63,047 nt of DNA, from positions 1 through 63,047 of the forward strand of contig CAZKVQ010000012.1 of NCBI GenBank assembly GCA_964556255.1. Reading direction: 5' to 3'. Positions 19,318-27,776 of the stretch are shown here, one piece after another. The notes under the pieces were generated by a model. That model saw only the letters and a program-made list of their open reading frames with translations, was not told the DNA's origin and made no database searches. How positions within the stretch are numbered: the stretch's first letter is position 1; every line of letters starts with the position of its first letter. Both the position numbers and the translations under genes were made by a program. The stretch comes from an uncultured Actinomycetes bacterium. Its GTDB lineage: Bacteria; Actinomycetota; Actinomycetes; S36-B12; UBA10799.

Positions 19318-19767
19318 ATGAACGCCACACGAACAACGAGAGCCGTGGCTCCGGTGCTGATCGGCCTTGCCGCACTGTTGGCGGCCGGTTGCGCGGGCAC
19401 AACCACGTCCGCGCCGAACCAGCAGCAGGGGGCGCACGTCACCGTCACGGCGCCAGCGCGCGGCACAGGGGCAGTCGCCGACGGCGCTGCCGCAGGCGGC
19501 GCTCCCGGGGACGCTGGCGGGGGCGGCTCGGGCGTGACCTCGACGCCGGATCCGACGGCGTCCGGAACTGCCCCGACGCCCACGGCAACGCCGACACTGC
19601 CACCGTCGACCATGGACCCGACACCGCCCGGCTATGGCGACCCGGGTGTGGTGACCTTGCCCCCGGGATTCGAGCTTCCGCCGTTCGCGGTCGAGACTCC
19701 CCACGGGATCGTCGCGACGCCGCTGGGAGGGCTGCACCTTCCCGACGGAGTGATTGTCAACCCGTGA
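19318..19767 (+). CDS. Hypothetical lipoprotein with a Pro/Thr/Gly-rich linker
   Basis: SD gggagg; signal peptide with lipobox LAAGC; low-complexity middle; short hydrophobic C-terminal segment. Confidence 0.7.
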   Translation: MNATRTTRAVAPVLIGLAALLAAGCAGTTTSAPNQQQGAHVTVTAPARGTGAVADGAAAGGAPGDAGGGGSGVTSTPDPTASGTAPTPTATPTLPPSTMDPTPPGYGDPGVVTLPPGFELPPFAVETPHGIVATPLGGLHLPDGVIVNP

Positions 19768-19789
19768 GGCTCGGTGGGAGGGCCGTACC

Positions 19790-20308
19790 TCAGGTGCGGC
19801 CCTCCTCCTGCTGTGCGGCGAATAGGATCTGCTGCGCTTCCCGAGCCGCCTGGGCTTCGTCGGGGCCGTCCGCTTGATGCATCCAGGTCGCGTGAACGAC
19901 GGTGAATCCGTCCTCACGCAGGGCGTCGACGACCACCAGATCATCGTCCACCAGGTACTCGACATCCTGCCGGTTGCGCAACCGCCGGGCCACCTCCAGT
20001 TTCGTCACCCGGCCTGGGCGTCGGTCCTTCTCGGAGCGCATGAAGACCTGGGCCGACGGAAAGTCGTGGGCATCCAGCCACGCGACAGTCGCCTTGCGAC
20101 ATCTGTCCGGCCGGCCGGTGGAATACACGACGTGCAGGCCGCTCTCGCGAGCTTCGGTGACCATCTCCAGACCCTCATCGAGCACGGGATCGTCCTCTGC
20201 TTTGCCGAAGAACAGGTCCCAGTCCTTCGGGTGGTCCTTGACGTAGCGGAGGCGATGTCGGACGTCGGCCAGGACCCCGTCGATATCGAAGACTGCGTAC
20301 CCGGCCAT
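19790..20308 (-). CDS. HAD-superfamily phosphatase (polynucleotide 3'-phosphatase/PNKP-like)
   Basis: FDIDGVLAD motif I, YSTGRP motif II, TK motif III, LVDDD motif IV. Confidence 0.8.
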   Translation of the reverse strand: MAGYAVFDIDGVLADVRHRLRYVKDHPKDWDLFFGKAEDDPVLDEGLEMVTEARESGLHVVYSTGRPDRCRKATVAWLDAHDFPSAQVFMRSEKDRRPGRVTKLEVARRLRNRQDVEYLVDDDLVVVDALREDGFTVVHATWMHQADGPDEAQAAREAQQILFAAQQEEGRT

Positions 20309-20358
20309 GACCGGAGAAGTTATCGCACCTCGCCGCCGTTCGCCGACCTGTGCGGTCC

Positions 20359-20364
20359 TACCCT
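20359..20364 (+). promoter_or_regulatory. -10 element (TACCCT), leaderless-type, for the DUF4442-like gene
   Basis: TANNNT 6 nt before ATG 20371. Confidence 0.55.
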
Positions 20365-20370
20365 GGGGAC

Positions 20371-20826
20371 ATGGCCTTGGATTTCGCCGTCGTGCGAGAA
20401 AGCATGCCCACCGCGGTCCCCATGATGGGAACCCTCGATATCTCCTTCGAGGAGTTGGAGAGTCAACGGGTGCTGTTGAGCATGCCCGACCGTCGGGAGT
20501 ACCACAACCACATCGGTGGACCCCATGCCGGCGCGATGTTCACGTTGGCAGAGTCCGCTTCCGGGGCTTTGGTGCTGGCGAATTTCGGAGACCGTTTGGC
20601 GGAATTCACACCGCTGGCGGTGGAGGCAACGATCCGCTATCTGAAGATCGCGATGGGTCCGGTCACGGCCGAAGCCACCATGGCAGACGATCCGGCCGAC
20701 ATCATCGCCCAACTCGAGGCGGGCACCCGCCCGGAATTCGAGATCGTCGTGAAGATCCGCGACGCAGCAGGCGTCGAGACCGGTGCGATGACCGTCCTCT
20801 GGACCTTGAAGCCAAACCGACGTTGA
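20371..20826 (+). CDS. Hotdog-fold protein (DUF4442/YiiD-like thioesterase)
   Basis: YHNHIGGPHAGAMFTLAESASG, EATIRYLKIA-x-GPVTA. Confidence 0.8.
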   Translation: MALDFAVVRESMPTAVPMMGTLDISFEELESQRVLLSMPDRREYHNHIGGPHAGAMFTLAESASGALVLANFGDRLAEFTPLAVEATIRYLKIAMGPVTAEATMADDPADIIAQLEAGTRPEFEIVVKIRDAAGVETGAMTVLWTLKPNRR

Positions 20827-20843
20827 GTACGGCCAGGACCTGA

Positions 20844-21959
20844 CTACGCGGGCTGCCACTCCGGGTAGTCCGTGTAGCCCTCGGCTCCACCGCCGTAGAA
20901 CGTCCGGAAGTTCGGCGGATTGAGTGGCAGCCCCTTGGCCAACCGTTGCGGAAGGTCCGGGTTGGCCAGAAATGCCCGACCGAAGGCAATGGCGGCCGCA
21001 TCGCCTGCTTCTATATCGCGGCGTGCCCGCTCGGCGTCATACCCTCCGTTCAACACGACCGGGCCATCGAACGTATCCGCCATCAAGGCGAGCAGTTCGG
21101 CCATGACCGGGGTCGAGCGGGGAGCCATGGTGTTGGTATCGGCGATGTGTAAGTACGCGATCCCGCGAGCCGACATCTCCTCGGCGATGTACCGGAAGGC
21201 AGGACCCGGATCTGGATCGTCGATGCCACTGAATGAGAACAGCGGCGAGATGCGAAGCCCAACGCGTCCCGCGCCCACTTCGGCGATCGCCGCGTCCACA
21301 GCCTCCAGGGTGAACCGGCACCGGTTCTCGACACTCCCGCCGTAGTCGTCGTCGCGGTCGTTGACGTTGGCCGCCACGAACTGGTGCAACAGGTAGCCGT
21401 TCGCGCCATGAACCTCCACGCCGTCGAAGCCGGCGGCGAAGGCCCGACGCGAAGCGGCGCCATAGTCCTGAACGGTGGATTCGATCTCGGGCATCGTCAA
21501 CGCGCGCGGCGGCGTGGCCGCCACCCGCCGTCCGACACCGTCGATCTGGATGAACGCCTGGCACTGATCGCTGACCAGCGCTGAAGAGGAGACTGTCGCC
21601 CTCCCCGGGTGCAACGCCTCATGGGAGACGCGGCCGGTGTGCCACAGCTGGCAGAAGATGCGACCCCCGGCGTCGTGCACACCCGAAGTCACCGGCCGCC
21701 AGGCCTCGACCTGGGCATCGGTGTATATCCCGGGGGTCCAGGCGTAGCCACGGGCAACCTCGGAGATGTTGGTTGCCTCGGAGATGATCAGTCCCGCCGA
21801 GGCCCGTTGCGCGTAGTACTCGGCCATCAGATCGGTGGCCAAGCCGTCGGGCTCAGTCGCCCGTGACCGCGTCAGCGGCGCCATGAAAACCCGGTTGGGT
21901 ACCTCGAGGTTGCCGAGTTGAAGGGGCTGCAGCAGGGGATCGGCTGATTCTTGGGCCAT
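20844..21959 (-). CDS. Old yellow enzyme / alkene reductase (NemA/XenB-like)
   Basis: NRVFMAPLTRSRA, YYAQRASAGLIISEAT, QLWHTGR, GFDGVEVHGANGYL, FGRAFLANPDL, FYGGGAEGYTDY. Confidence 0.93.
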   Translation of the reverse strand: MAQESADPLLQPLQLGNLEVPNRVFMAPLTRSRATEPDGLATDLMAEYYAQRASAGLIISEATNISEVARGYAWTPGIYTDAQVEAWRPVTSGVHDAGGRIFCQLWHTGRVSHEALHPGRATVSSSALVSDQCQAFIQIDGVGRRVAATPPRALTMPEIESTVQDYGAASRRAFAAGFDGVEVHGANGYLLHQFVAANVNDRDDDYGGSVENRCRFTLEAVDAAIAEVGAGRVGLRISPLFSFSGIDDPDPGPAFRYIAEEMSARGIAYLHIADTNTMAPRSTPVMAELLALMADTFDGPVVLNGGYDAERARRDIEAGDAAAIAFGRAFLANPDLPQRLAKGLPLNPPNFRTFYGGGAEGYTDYPEWQPA

Positions 21960-22096
21960 ATTCCCATTAGATCCCAGAACCCACCGAGACGCCGCCCGGG
22001 GACGAACCGCTGCCGTGCGACGATGGTGCTGGTCGAGCGCTCCACGGATCGTCGGTGGACAATGGTGCTAGTCACATCGGAAGGGACGGTGTACGG

Positions 22097-22366
22097 ATGC
22101 TCGAGACTGTGCTCATCGTGGCGATCATCGCGCTCATCGTCGGGGTCATCGGGACGGGCGTCTACGTCCGACGCCAGAGTGCTATCGAGTCCGCCGAGCG
22201 GCGGGCGAGGATCACCTGCGAACGCACCCACGCCATGGAGCACAGCATGGGTCTTCCCTACAGCATCTGCTCCAACCGGGCGAATTGCCCGGGGCGCGCC
22301 CAGGCATTGGCCGACGCGGGGGAGGACCGGCCGGCCATCGGCGGGGACAGGCCAGATCGACCCTGA
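22097..22366 (+). CDS. Small single-pass membrane protein with three Cys
   Basis: SD aaggga; MLETVLIVAIIALIVGVIGTGVYVRRQ TM segment; alternative upstream GTG at 22055. Confidence 0.6.
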   Translation: MLETVLIVAIIALIVGVIGTGVYVRRQSAIESAERRARITCERTHAMEHSMGLPYSICSNRANCPGRAQALADAGEDRPAIGGDRPDRP

Positions 22367-22424
22367 GTCCGGAGCACGGGGATCAAGGTCCAGGTCAACT
22401 CGAGCAGGAAGAGGTGGCGGTCAG

Positions 22425-23267
22425 ATGACAGCAGCGGAATCGCAACAGGACAAGCCGAACTGGTATCCGGGTAGCCCCTTTCCGCCCGATGACGACGTTC
22501 CGGGTCTTGCCACCCCGCTGCCGTTCCTGTTGACCGACCACGCACGATCGTTGCTGACTTTCAGTTGGATGGTGGCGGCGACCCCATGGTTGAGACGGGC
22601 ACCACGCGGCAACGGCGAGCCCGTACTGATCCTTCCTGGTCTCGGCGCGGGGGACGTCTCGACCATCCCGATGCGCCGCTACCTGCGCCGCCTGGGGTAT
22701 GACGTGACGGGCTGGGGGTTCGGGGTCAACTTCGGGCCGACACGCAAGGTACTCGAGGGGCTGTTTCCCAAGGTGTCCGAGATGGCCGAGGAGTCAGGTC
22801 AAGCCATCACGATCATCGGCTGGAGCCTCGGCGGCATCTTCGCTCGGATAGCTGCGCGGATGTACCCGGACGCTGTCCGACAGGTCATCACCATGGGCTC
22901 CCCGTACGCGATGGACCACCCGCGGCAATCCCGCGCCCTGCGGCTCTACCAGCGGCTGGCGCCGTTCCACGCGCCGCTGGAGGACTTCCCGGCCGGCCCT
23001 GCCACCACCCGCGACCCGCTGCCGGTGCCGTCGACGTCGATCTATTCACCGCTGGACGGGATCGTGGACTGGCGTTCGTGTATCGAACCCGCGAATGAGA
23101 CCAGGGAGAACATCGCCGTCTGGTCGTCCCACCTCGGTTATGGCCATGACCCATCGGTCATGTGGGCGGTAGCGGATCGACTGGCGCAGCCACCGGGGGA
23201 GTGGACACCCTTCACACCTCCCGGCTGGGCGGCGGGACTGTACCCGTTGTCGCTGATCGCGGTCTAG
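22425..23267 (+). CDS. Alpha/beta hydrolase (esterase/lipase, PGAP1-like)
   Basis: ILPGLGA oxyanion loop, GWSLGG nucleophile, DGIV Asp, SSHLG His. SD gaggtgg before ATG 22425. Confidence 0.85.
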   Translation: MTAAESQQDKPNWYPGSPFPPDDDVPGLATPLPFLLTDHARSLLTFSWMVAATPWLRRAPRGNGEPVLILPGLGAGDVSTIPMRRYLRRLGYDVTGWGFGVNFGPTRKVLEGLFPKVSEMAEESGQAITIIGWSLGGIFARIAARMYPDAVRQVITMGSPYAMDHPRQSRALRLYQRLAPFHAPLEDFPAGPATTRDPLPVPSTSIYSPLDGIVDWRSCIEPANETRENIAVWSSHLGYGHDPSVMWAVADRLAQPPGEWTPFTPPGWAAGLYPLSLIAV

Positions 23268-23277
23268 TACGGCGCCG

Positions 23278-23781
23278 TCACGTCACTGTCAGACGCCCGT
23301 GCATGTCGGGGTGGAAGTGGCAGATCAGCAGGTAGACGCCGGGTTGCTCGGGGGCGGTGAAGGAAGCGGTGCCATTGGCGGGCACCGTTACCTCGATACC
23401 GCCGGCACCGGTGACCGTGTGCTCCATCGGGTCCTTGTTCACAACCTTCACGGTCTGGCCTGCGGCTACGGTCAGGGTGCTGAACTGCGAGTTCGCGATC
23501 GTCATGACGGCGCTGCCGGGAACCGACGGATCCGAAGGAAAGTTGGACGAGGACGACGGGCCAGCGGAGGGAAGCCCGCCCGATGCAGTCGCCGTAGGAC
23601 GTGAGGTCGGTGTGAGTCGGGACTCCGTCGCGCTGGCTTTTGACGTCGGCGTCAGATGTGTCGATGGGCTCACAGTGGCGGAGGGCGACGCGGCGGTGTC
23701 CGAGCCGCAAGCGGACAGCCCAAGTGCGGCTGCGCCGATCACGACGCCGGCGGCGGTTCGCTGCCAGCACGAAATCCTCAT
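23278..23781 (-). CDS. Cupredoxin-domain lipoprotein
   Basis: Lipobox LSAC, Ser/Thr/Pro linker, V-x-AGQTV-x-V-x-N-x-D-x2-EHTV, type-1 copper motif CHFHPDM. Confidence 0.85.
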   Translation of the reverse strand: MRISCWQRTAAGVVIGAAALGLSACGSDTAASPSATVSPSTHLTPTSKASATESRLTPTSRPTATASGGLPSAGPSSSSNFPSDPSVPGSAVMTIANSQFSTLTVAAGQTVKVVNKDPMEHTVTGAGGIEVTVPANGTASFTAPEQPGVYLLICHFHPDMHGRLTVT

Positions 23782-23890
23782 ACCTATTGATACGTCATGC
23801 ACGGTGGAATGGTTCACTCGGCGTCACAATCCGGACAGACGCGAGGGGAGGGGCAATTCTAAGGCAAAGTGTCATAATGTGGATTATCGG

Positions 23891-24817
23891 TCATTCTGAG
23901 CGGTTGAGCTCGCCTGCGAGCATCTCGGCCAGTTGGACCGAAGCTTCAATCTCGGCACGACGGATCGAGACGCTCTCGACATTGATGCCGAACGGGACAG
24001 CCATCCGTCGGCAGTACCTGATCAGTTCGCGGGCGGCTCCGAGGGAATGTTCGAACGAGGCGGCGAGCGTGTCGTCTGCGTGGCGCAGATCGTTCTGGAT
24101 CCAGCGCGGAACGTCGACTCCGAGCCAGGCCAGGAACTCCAAGGTCTTGAGGGACCCACAGACCGAGAAGGTGAACACGATCGGTACTGGCTGAATACCG
24201 CGGGCGTCGCATTCGTAGCGGTAGTCGGACACGAGATTCTTCGCCGCGTTGACGTCGTACACGACCTGTGTGACGAAGAACGAGCAGCCCGCCTCTTGCT
24301 TGGCCAGGAGCCGCAGATGTTCCTCACCACGGTGGGTATGCCGTTCCGGGATGGCGACACCGCCCAGGGGCAGATCAGGTCGGTTGGCTGCCCACAACTC
24401 CTGGGCGCGCACCAGGGATGTCGTCGGCTGCTTGTGGCGCGATGATGCCCCGACGAACACCGTCAAGGTGTGGTCGGCGTTCTGGCTGTCCAACCATTCC
24501 CGCAGCCCATCCTCGGAGTACTTGCCGACAGCTCGATAGACGACCACGGGCGTATCCCAGTCCGTTAGGTGGCGCTCCCGGAAATCCGCGGGGTCCAGCG
24601 TGGGAAGGAACGGGAACGGTCGCTCCTCCGGGTTGCGATCGCTCTCGTCGTCGATGTCGTAGAGGATCAGGCCATCCGGACAAAGCCGGGTCAGGCGGTC
24701 GCGCGCCACGTCGGCGATGGTCTGGGCTTGCTCAGATGTGACCGTGAGTCGAGGCGGCGTCATGGCGAACAGGAGTAACTCGCTCCCCCGTGCCGTGATC
24801 CGCCCAGTCAAGCCCAT
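23891..24817 (-). CDS. Methylenetetrahydrofolate reductase-like FAD-linked TIM-barrel protein
   Basis: LFAMTPP, DGLILYDIDDESDRNPEERPFPFLPTLDP, GGVAIPERH, KQEAGCSFFVTQVVYD. Confidence 0.75.
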   Translation of the reverse strand: MGLTGRITARGSELLLFAMTPPRLTVTSEQAQTIADVARDRLTRLCPDGLILYDIDDESDRNPEERPFPFLPTLDPADFRERHLTDWDTPVVVYRAVGKYSEDGLREWLDSQNADHTLTVFVGASSRHKQPTTSLVRAQELWAANRPDLPLGGVAIPERHTHRGEEHLRLLAKQEAGCSFFVTQVVYDVNAAKNLVSDYRYECDARGIQPVPIVFTFSVCGSLKTLEFLAWLGVDVPRWIQNDLRHADDTLAASFEHSLGAARELIRYCRRMAVPFGINVESVSIRRAEIEASVQLAEMLAGELNRSE

Positions 24818-24823
24818 GGGGCG

Positions 24824-24829
24824 ACGTTA
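24824..24829 (-). promoter_or_regulatory. -10 element (TAACGT), leaderless-type, for the MTHFR-like gene
   Basis: TANNNT 6 nt before ATG 24817. Confidence 0.55.
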
Positions 24830-24897
24830 GTTGGTGCAGTCGCGACAGGCACCGGAAGCCCCCGCCCCAGATTCCGGTTCGATCGCTCCCCGCTGCT

Positions 24898-25896
24898 TCA
24901 GCCTCGGCGCAGCGGGTGGTGCCAACACCGGAAGGCGCCGCCGAACAGGAACACCCCAGCGAAGGGGGTTGTGACCACGTCCTGGCCGGCAGCCGCGAGT
25001 GCATCGGCAACTTCAGGGGTTTCCTCCGCCACGATCGTGGTCGACTCGTCGAGCACGAGCACATTGACCGCCAGTTTCGCCTCCGCCTCGGCGGCAGGCA
25101 CATCGATGAGGTCCCAATCCCGCAGTAGGTCGGGGATTCCGTCGACGAAGCCCTCACGGCACACGATCGCCAGTCCCTCGCGTGGGGTGGCCAGGATGCA
25201 GTCGAGGTGAAGGAACCTCGAACTGATGCGCACCGGGTGAACTCGTCGTTGGGCACCGACGCGACCTTGGAGCCACTCAATACCTGCCGCGTTTGACGCG
25301 TTGCCGCTCACTCCGACCAGGATGTCGTCGCCGAACAGCATCACGTCGCCACCTTCGAGGAAAGGTCCCGGCCCGAATCCGCCGTCGGCGCCTTCGGGCT
25401 GCGGCGGCGGCTCCGGCATGGAGACCACCGATGCCGCGGGCAGGATGCCGGCGAGGGTCCTCCGGATGGCGAATCGCTCGGACCTGCGCATCGGGAATCG
25501 CATGCCCGTTTCGATGAAGGCATCCCCCACGACGATCACCGGATCCCGCGGGAAGTACTGGGTGGCGTTGCGATCGCTGAGCGGAGCCAGGAAGGCCTCC
25601 TCGTCCGGCAACAACTCCTCGACCTGGTGAACAACCACACCACGACTCGTCAGGATGTCGATGGCGGCGGTCATCTGATCGACGGCCACATCGTGCAGCG
25701 GCGGCAACGCCTCGGCAAGCGTCGAACCCGCATGGGTGGCCATCATCTGCTCCGCCATACCGACCGACTCCGCGGGCATGTAGTTGTGGGTCAGCTTCGG
25801 CATGCTGGCACCGATCCTGGTGAATGGCCGACCGACAATTGCCTCCCGAAGCGGATCCCACTCTCGTTCGACGCTGAGCTCAGACTGGTTGGTCAT
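24898..25896 (-). CDS. Amidinotransferase (glycine/inosamine-phosphate amidinotransferase family)
   Basis: EWDPLREAIVG, FPRDP-x-IVVG, LEGGDV, FLHLDC, GGAFRCWH: catalytic Asp/His/Cys in AGAT-like contexts. SD ggaggg. Confidence 0.85.
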   Translation of the reverse strand: MTNQSELSVEREWDPLREAIVGRPFTRIGASMPKLTHNYMPAESVGMAEQMMATHAGSTLAEALPPLHDVAVDQMTAAIDILTSRGVVVHQVEELLPDEEAFLAPLSDRNATQYFPRDPVIVVGDAFIETGMRFPMRRSERFAIRRTLAGILPAASVVSMPEPPPQPEGADGGFGPGPFLEGGDVMLFGDDILVGVSGNASNAAGIEWLQGRVGAQRRVHPVRISSRFLHLDCILATPREGLAIVCREGFVDGIPDLLRDWDLIDVPAAEAEAKLAVNVLVLDESTTIVAEETPEVADALAAAGQDVVTTPFAGVFLFGGAFRCWHHPLRRG

Positions 25897-26025
25897 GATC
25901 TGCCGTTCCCTCCGGTCGCCTCGGTCTCCTCCCCTGATAACGGCGCCATCCGCTGCTCACTTGAGTACACGGTGACGTTGGCCGGGTCACAGCCTCAACC
26001 GGCTCCGGCTGCGCAGCCCGCCGGT

Positions 26026-26316
26026 TCAGACCAGCTCCAGGGTGAACTCCGCCCGGCTGCCGTCGTCCAACGATGCCGCCTGCCTGACCGCCTTTTTCAC
26101 CGGAAGGATGTAGGAGCCCCGTTTGGTGTCCGGAAAGATCGAGGTATTCCAATCACAGGGGCCCGTACGCACCCGAACCCGGACCGCACCGAAGCCCCGA
26201 CGAGGCCCCTGCTGCAGGTCAACTATCTCATCGGAAACGCCCTCGGGAAGGGTGACGAAGAACCAGGACGCATCCCCCTGATAGCGCCAGACCTCAGCGA
26301 CGAAAGTGAACTCCAC
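26026..26316 (-). CDS. DUF1905 domain protein
   Basis: FVAEVWRYQGDASWFFVTLP, GFGAVRV-x-V-x-TG-x-C-x-WNTSIFPD-x4-SYILPVKKAVR. CAGACT 6 nt before the GTG. Confidence 0.85.
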   Translation of the reverse strand: MEFTFVAEVWRYQGDASWFFVTLPEGVSDEIVDLQQGPRRGFGAVRVRVRTGPCDWNTSIFPDTKRGSYILPVKKAVRQAASLDDGSRAEFTLELV

Positions 26317-26375
26317 TCTGACAGTCTGCCCCTAGTAGGGTTGCCGCAACCACAGGTCGCCCGAAGGAGTTGCCG

Positions 26376-27776
26376 ATGTCCCCCAGCCCCACCGAACACG
26401 TGACGAACGGGCAACGCGAGACCGGAGCCACCCAACGGGTCTGCGTCATCGGGGCCGGGGCCGCAGGGCTGGCAGCCGGTAAGGCGTTGGCGGATCGGGG
26501 AATCCCGTTCGACTGGTACGAGAAGGGCTCGATGGTCGGTGGCCTCTGGCGCATTGACAACGACAACGGTGGCGCGGCCGCCTACCGCACGCTGCATCTG
26601 AACAGTTCGCGTCCGCTCACCCAGTACCCGTCCTATCCGATGCCGGAGGACTGGCCGGACTATCCGTCACACACGATGATGGCTCAGTACTTCCAGGACT
26701 TCGCCGAGGACAACGACCTACTCAGGCGCATCACCTTCAACACCGAGGTGACCAGCGTGGCGCCGCTACCGACCTCGGGCTCGCCGGGTGAGAACGGTTG
26801 GTCGGTCACCACCAGCAACGGAATCACCCGTGAGTACCGCGCCGTCATCGTCAGCAACGGCCACCACAGTGTCCCGAAAGTGCCCGAGTTCCCCGGGACC
26901 TTCGAAGGCGAGAGCTTCCACGCCCACGACTACCTGGACGCCGAGGTCTTCACCGACAAGAAGGTGCTCGTCATAGGCGTCGGCAACTCCGGCATGGATA
27001 TCGCCTGTGATGCCTGCAAGGTCGCCGACAGGGTCTACCTGGCGACCCGCCACGGGGTGCACGTGATCCCCAAGTACGCCTTCGGCAAACCGATCGACCA
27101 GTTCGGCAATCCACTTATGGCGTACCTCCCCTTTCCGGTCGAACGGACCCTCTACTCGGCGATCCTGCGGCTCAGCACCGGTCGCCCGCAGGACCGTGGA
27201 CTGCCCAAGCCCGACCATCGGCTCTTGCACGCCCATCCCACGGTCTCGGCCGAACTCTACGATCGCGTGGGTCACGGGGACATCATCATGAAGCCGAACA
27301 TCGAGCGGTTCGAGAACGACCGCGTCGTGTTCGTCGATGGCACCGTCGCGGAGGTCGACACCATCGTCTACGCGACCGGCTACCGGATCTCGTTGCCGTT
27401 CTTCTCCCCGGACGTATTCCAGGCCCAGGGCAATTCGATGCCCCTATACCAACGGGTCGTCTCCCCCGACCGCCCCGGCCTCTACTTCATCGGCTTCATC
27501 CAGACCGTCGGCTCCGGGATCCCACTGATGGAACTGCAGTCGCAGTGGGTGGGCGACCTACTCACCGGGACGGCGGTCCTGCCCGCCGATGACGACATCC
27601 GCGACTGGATCTCGCGGGACCAGGCATCGCTGGCCAAGCGCTACGTCCGATCGGAGCGTCACACCATGCAAGTTGATTTCTGGCGTTATCGAAGAGCGAT
27701 GCTGGAGGCGCGCCGCCACACACCGAATCCAAGCCTGACCGAGCGCCTGACCCGACCACTGGTGGGCCTGCGCTGA
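26376..27776 (+). CDS. Flavin-containing monooxygenase (class B FMO)
   Basis: GAGAAG FAD motif, FEGESFHAHDY (FxGxxxHxxxY), GVGNSG NADPH motif, YATGY. SD gaaggag. Confidence 0.92.
   Translation: MSPSPTEHVTNGQRETGATQRVCVIGAGAAGLAAGKALADRGIPFDWYEKGSMVGGLWRIDNDNGGAAAYRTLHLNSSRPLTQYPSYPMPEDWPDYPSHTMMAQYFQDFAEDNDLLRRITFNTEVTSVAPLPTSGSPGENGWSVTTSNGITREYRAVIVSNGHHSVPKVPEFPGTFEGESFHAHDYLDAEVFTDKKVLVIGVGNSGMDIACDACKVADRVYLATRHGVHVIPKYAFGKPIDQFGNPLMAYLPFPVERTLYSAILRLSTGRPQDRGLPKPDHRLLHAHPTVSAELYDRVGHGDIIMKPNIERFENDRVVFVDGTVAEVDTIVYATGYRISLPFFSPDVFQAQGNSMPLYQRVVSPDRPGLYFIGFIQTVGSGIPLMELQSQWVGDLLTGTAVLPADDDIRDWISRDQASLAKRYVRSERHTMQVDFWRYRRAMLEARRHTPNPSLTERLTRPLVGLR

Noticed and set aside
25897-26025. Guanidine riboswitch upstream of the amidinotransferase
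   Set aside because: Only a GGCGCCGT fragment resembles guanidine-III; its complementary GACGGCGC strand is missing, and there are no ACGR tetraloop hairpins (guanidine-II).
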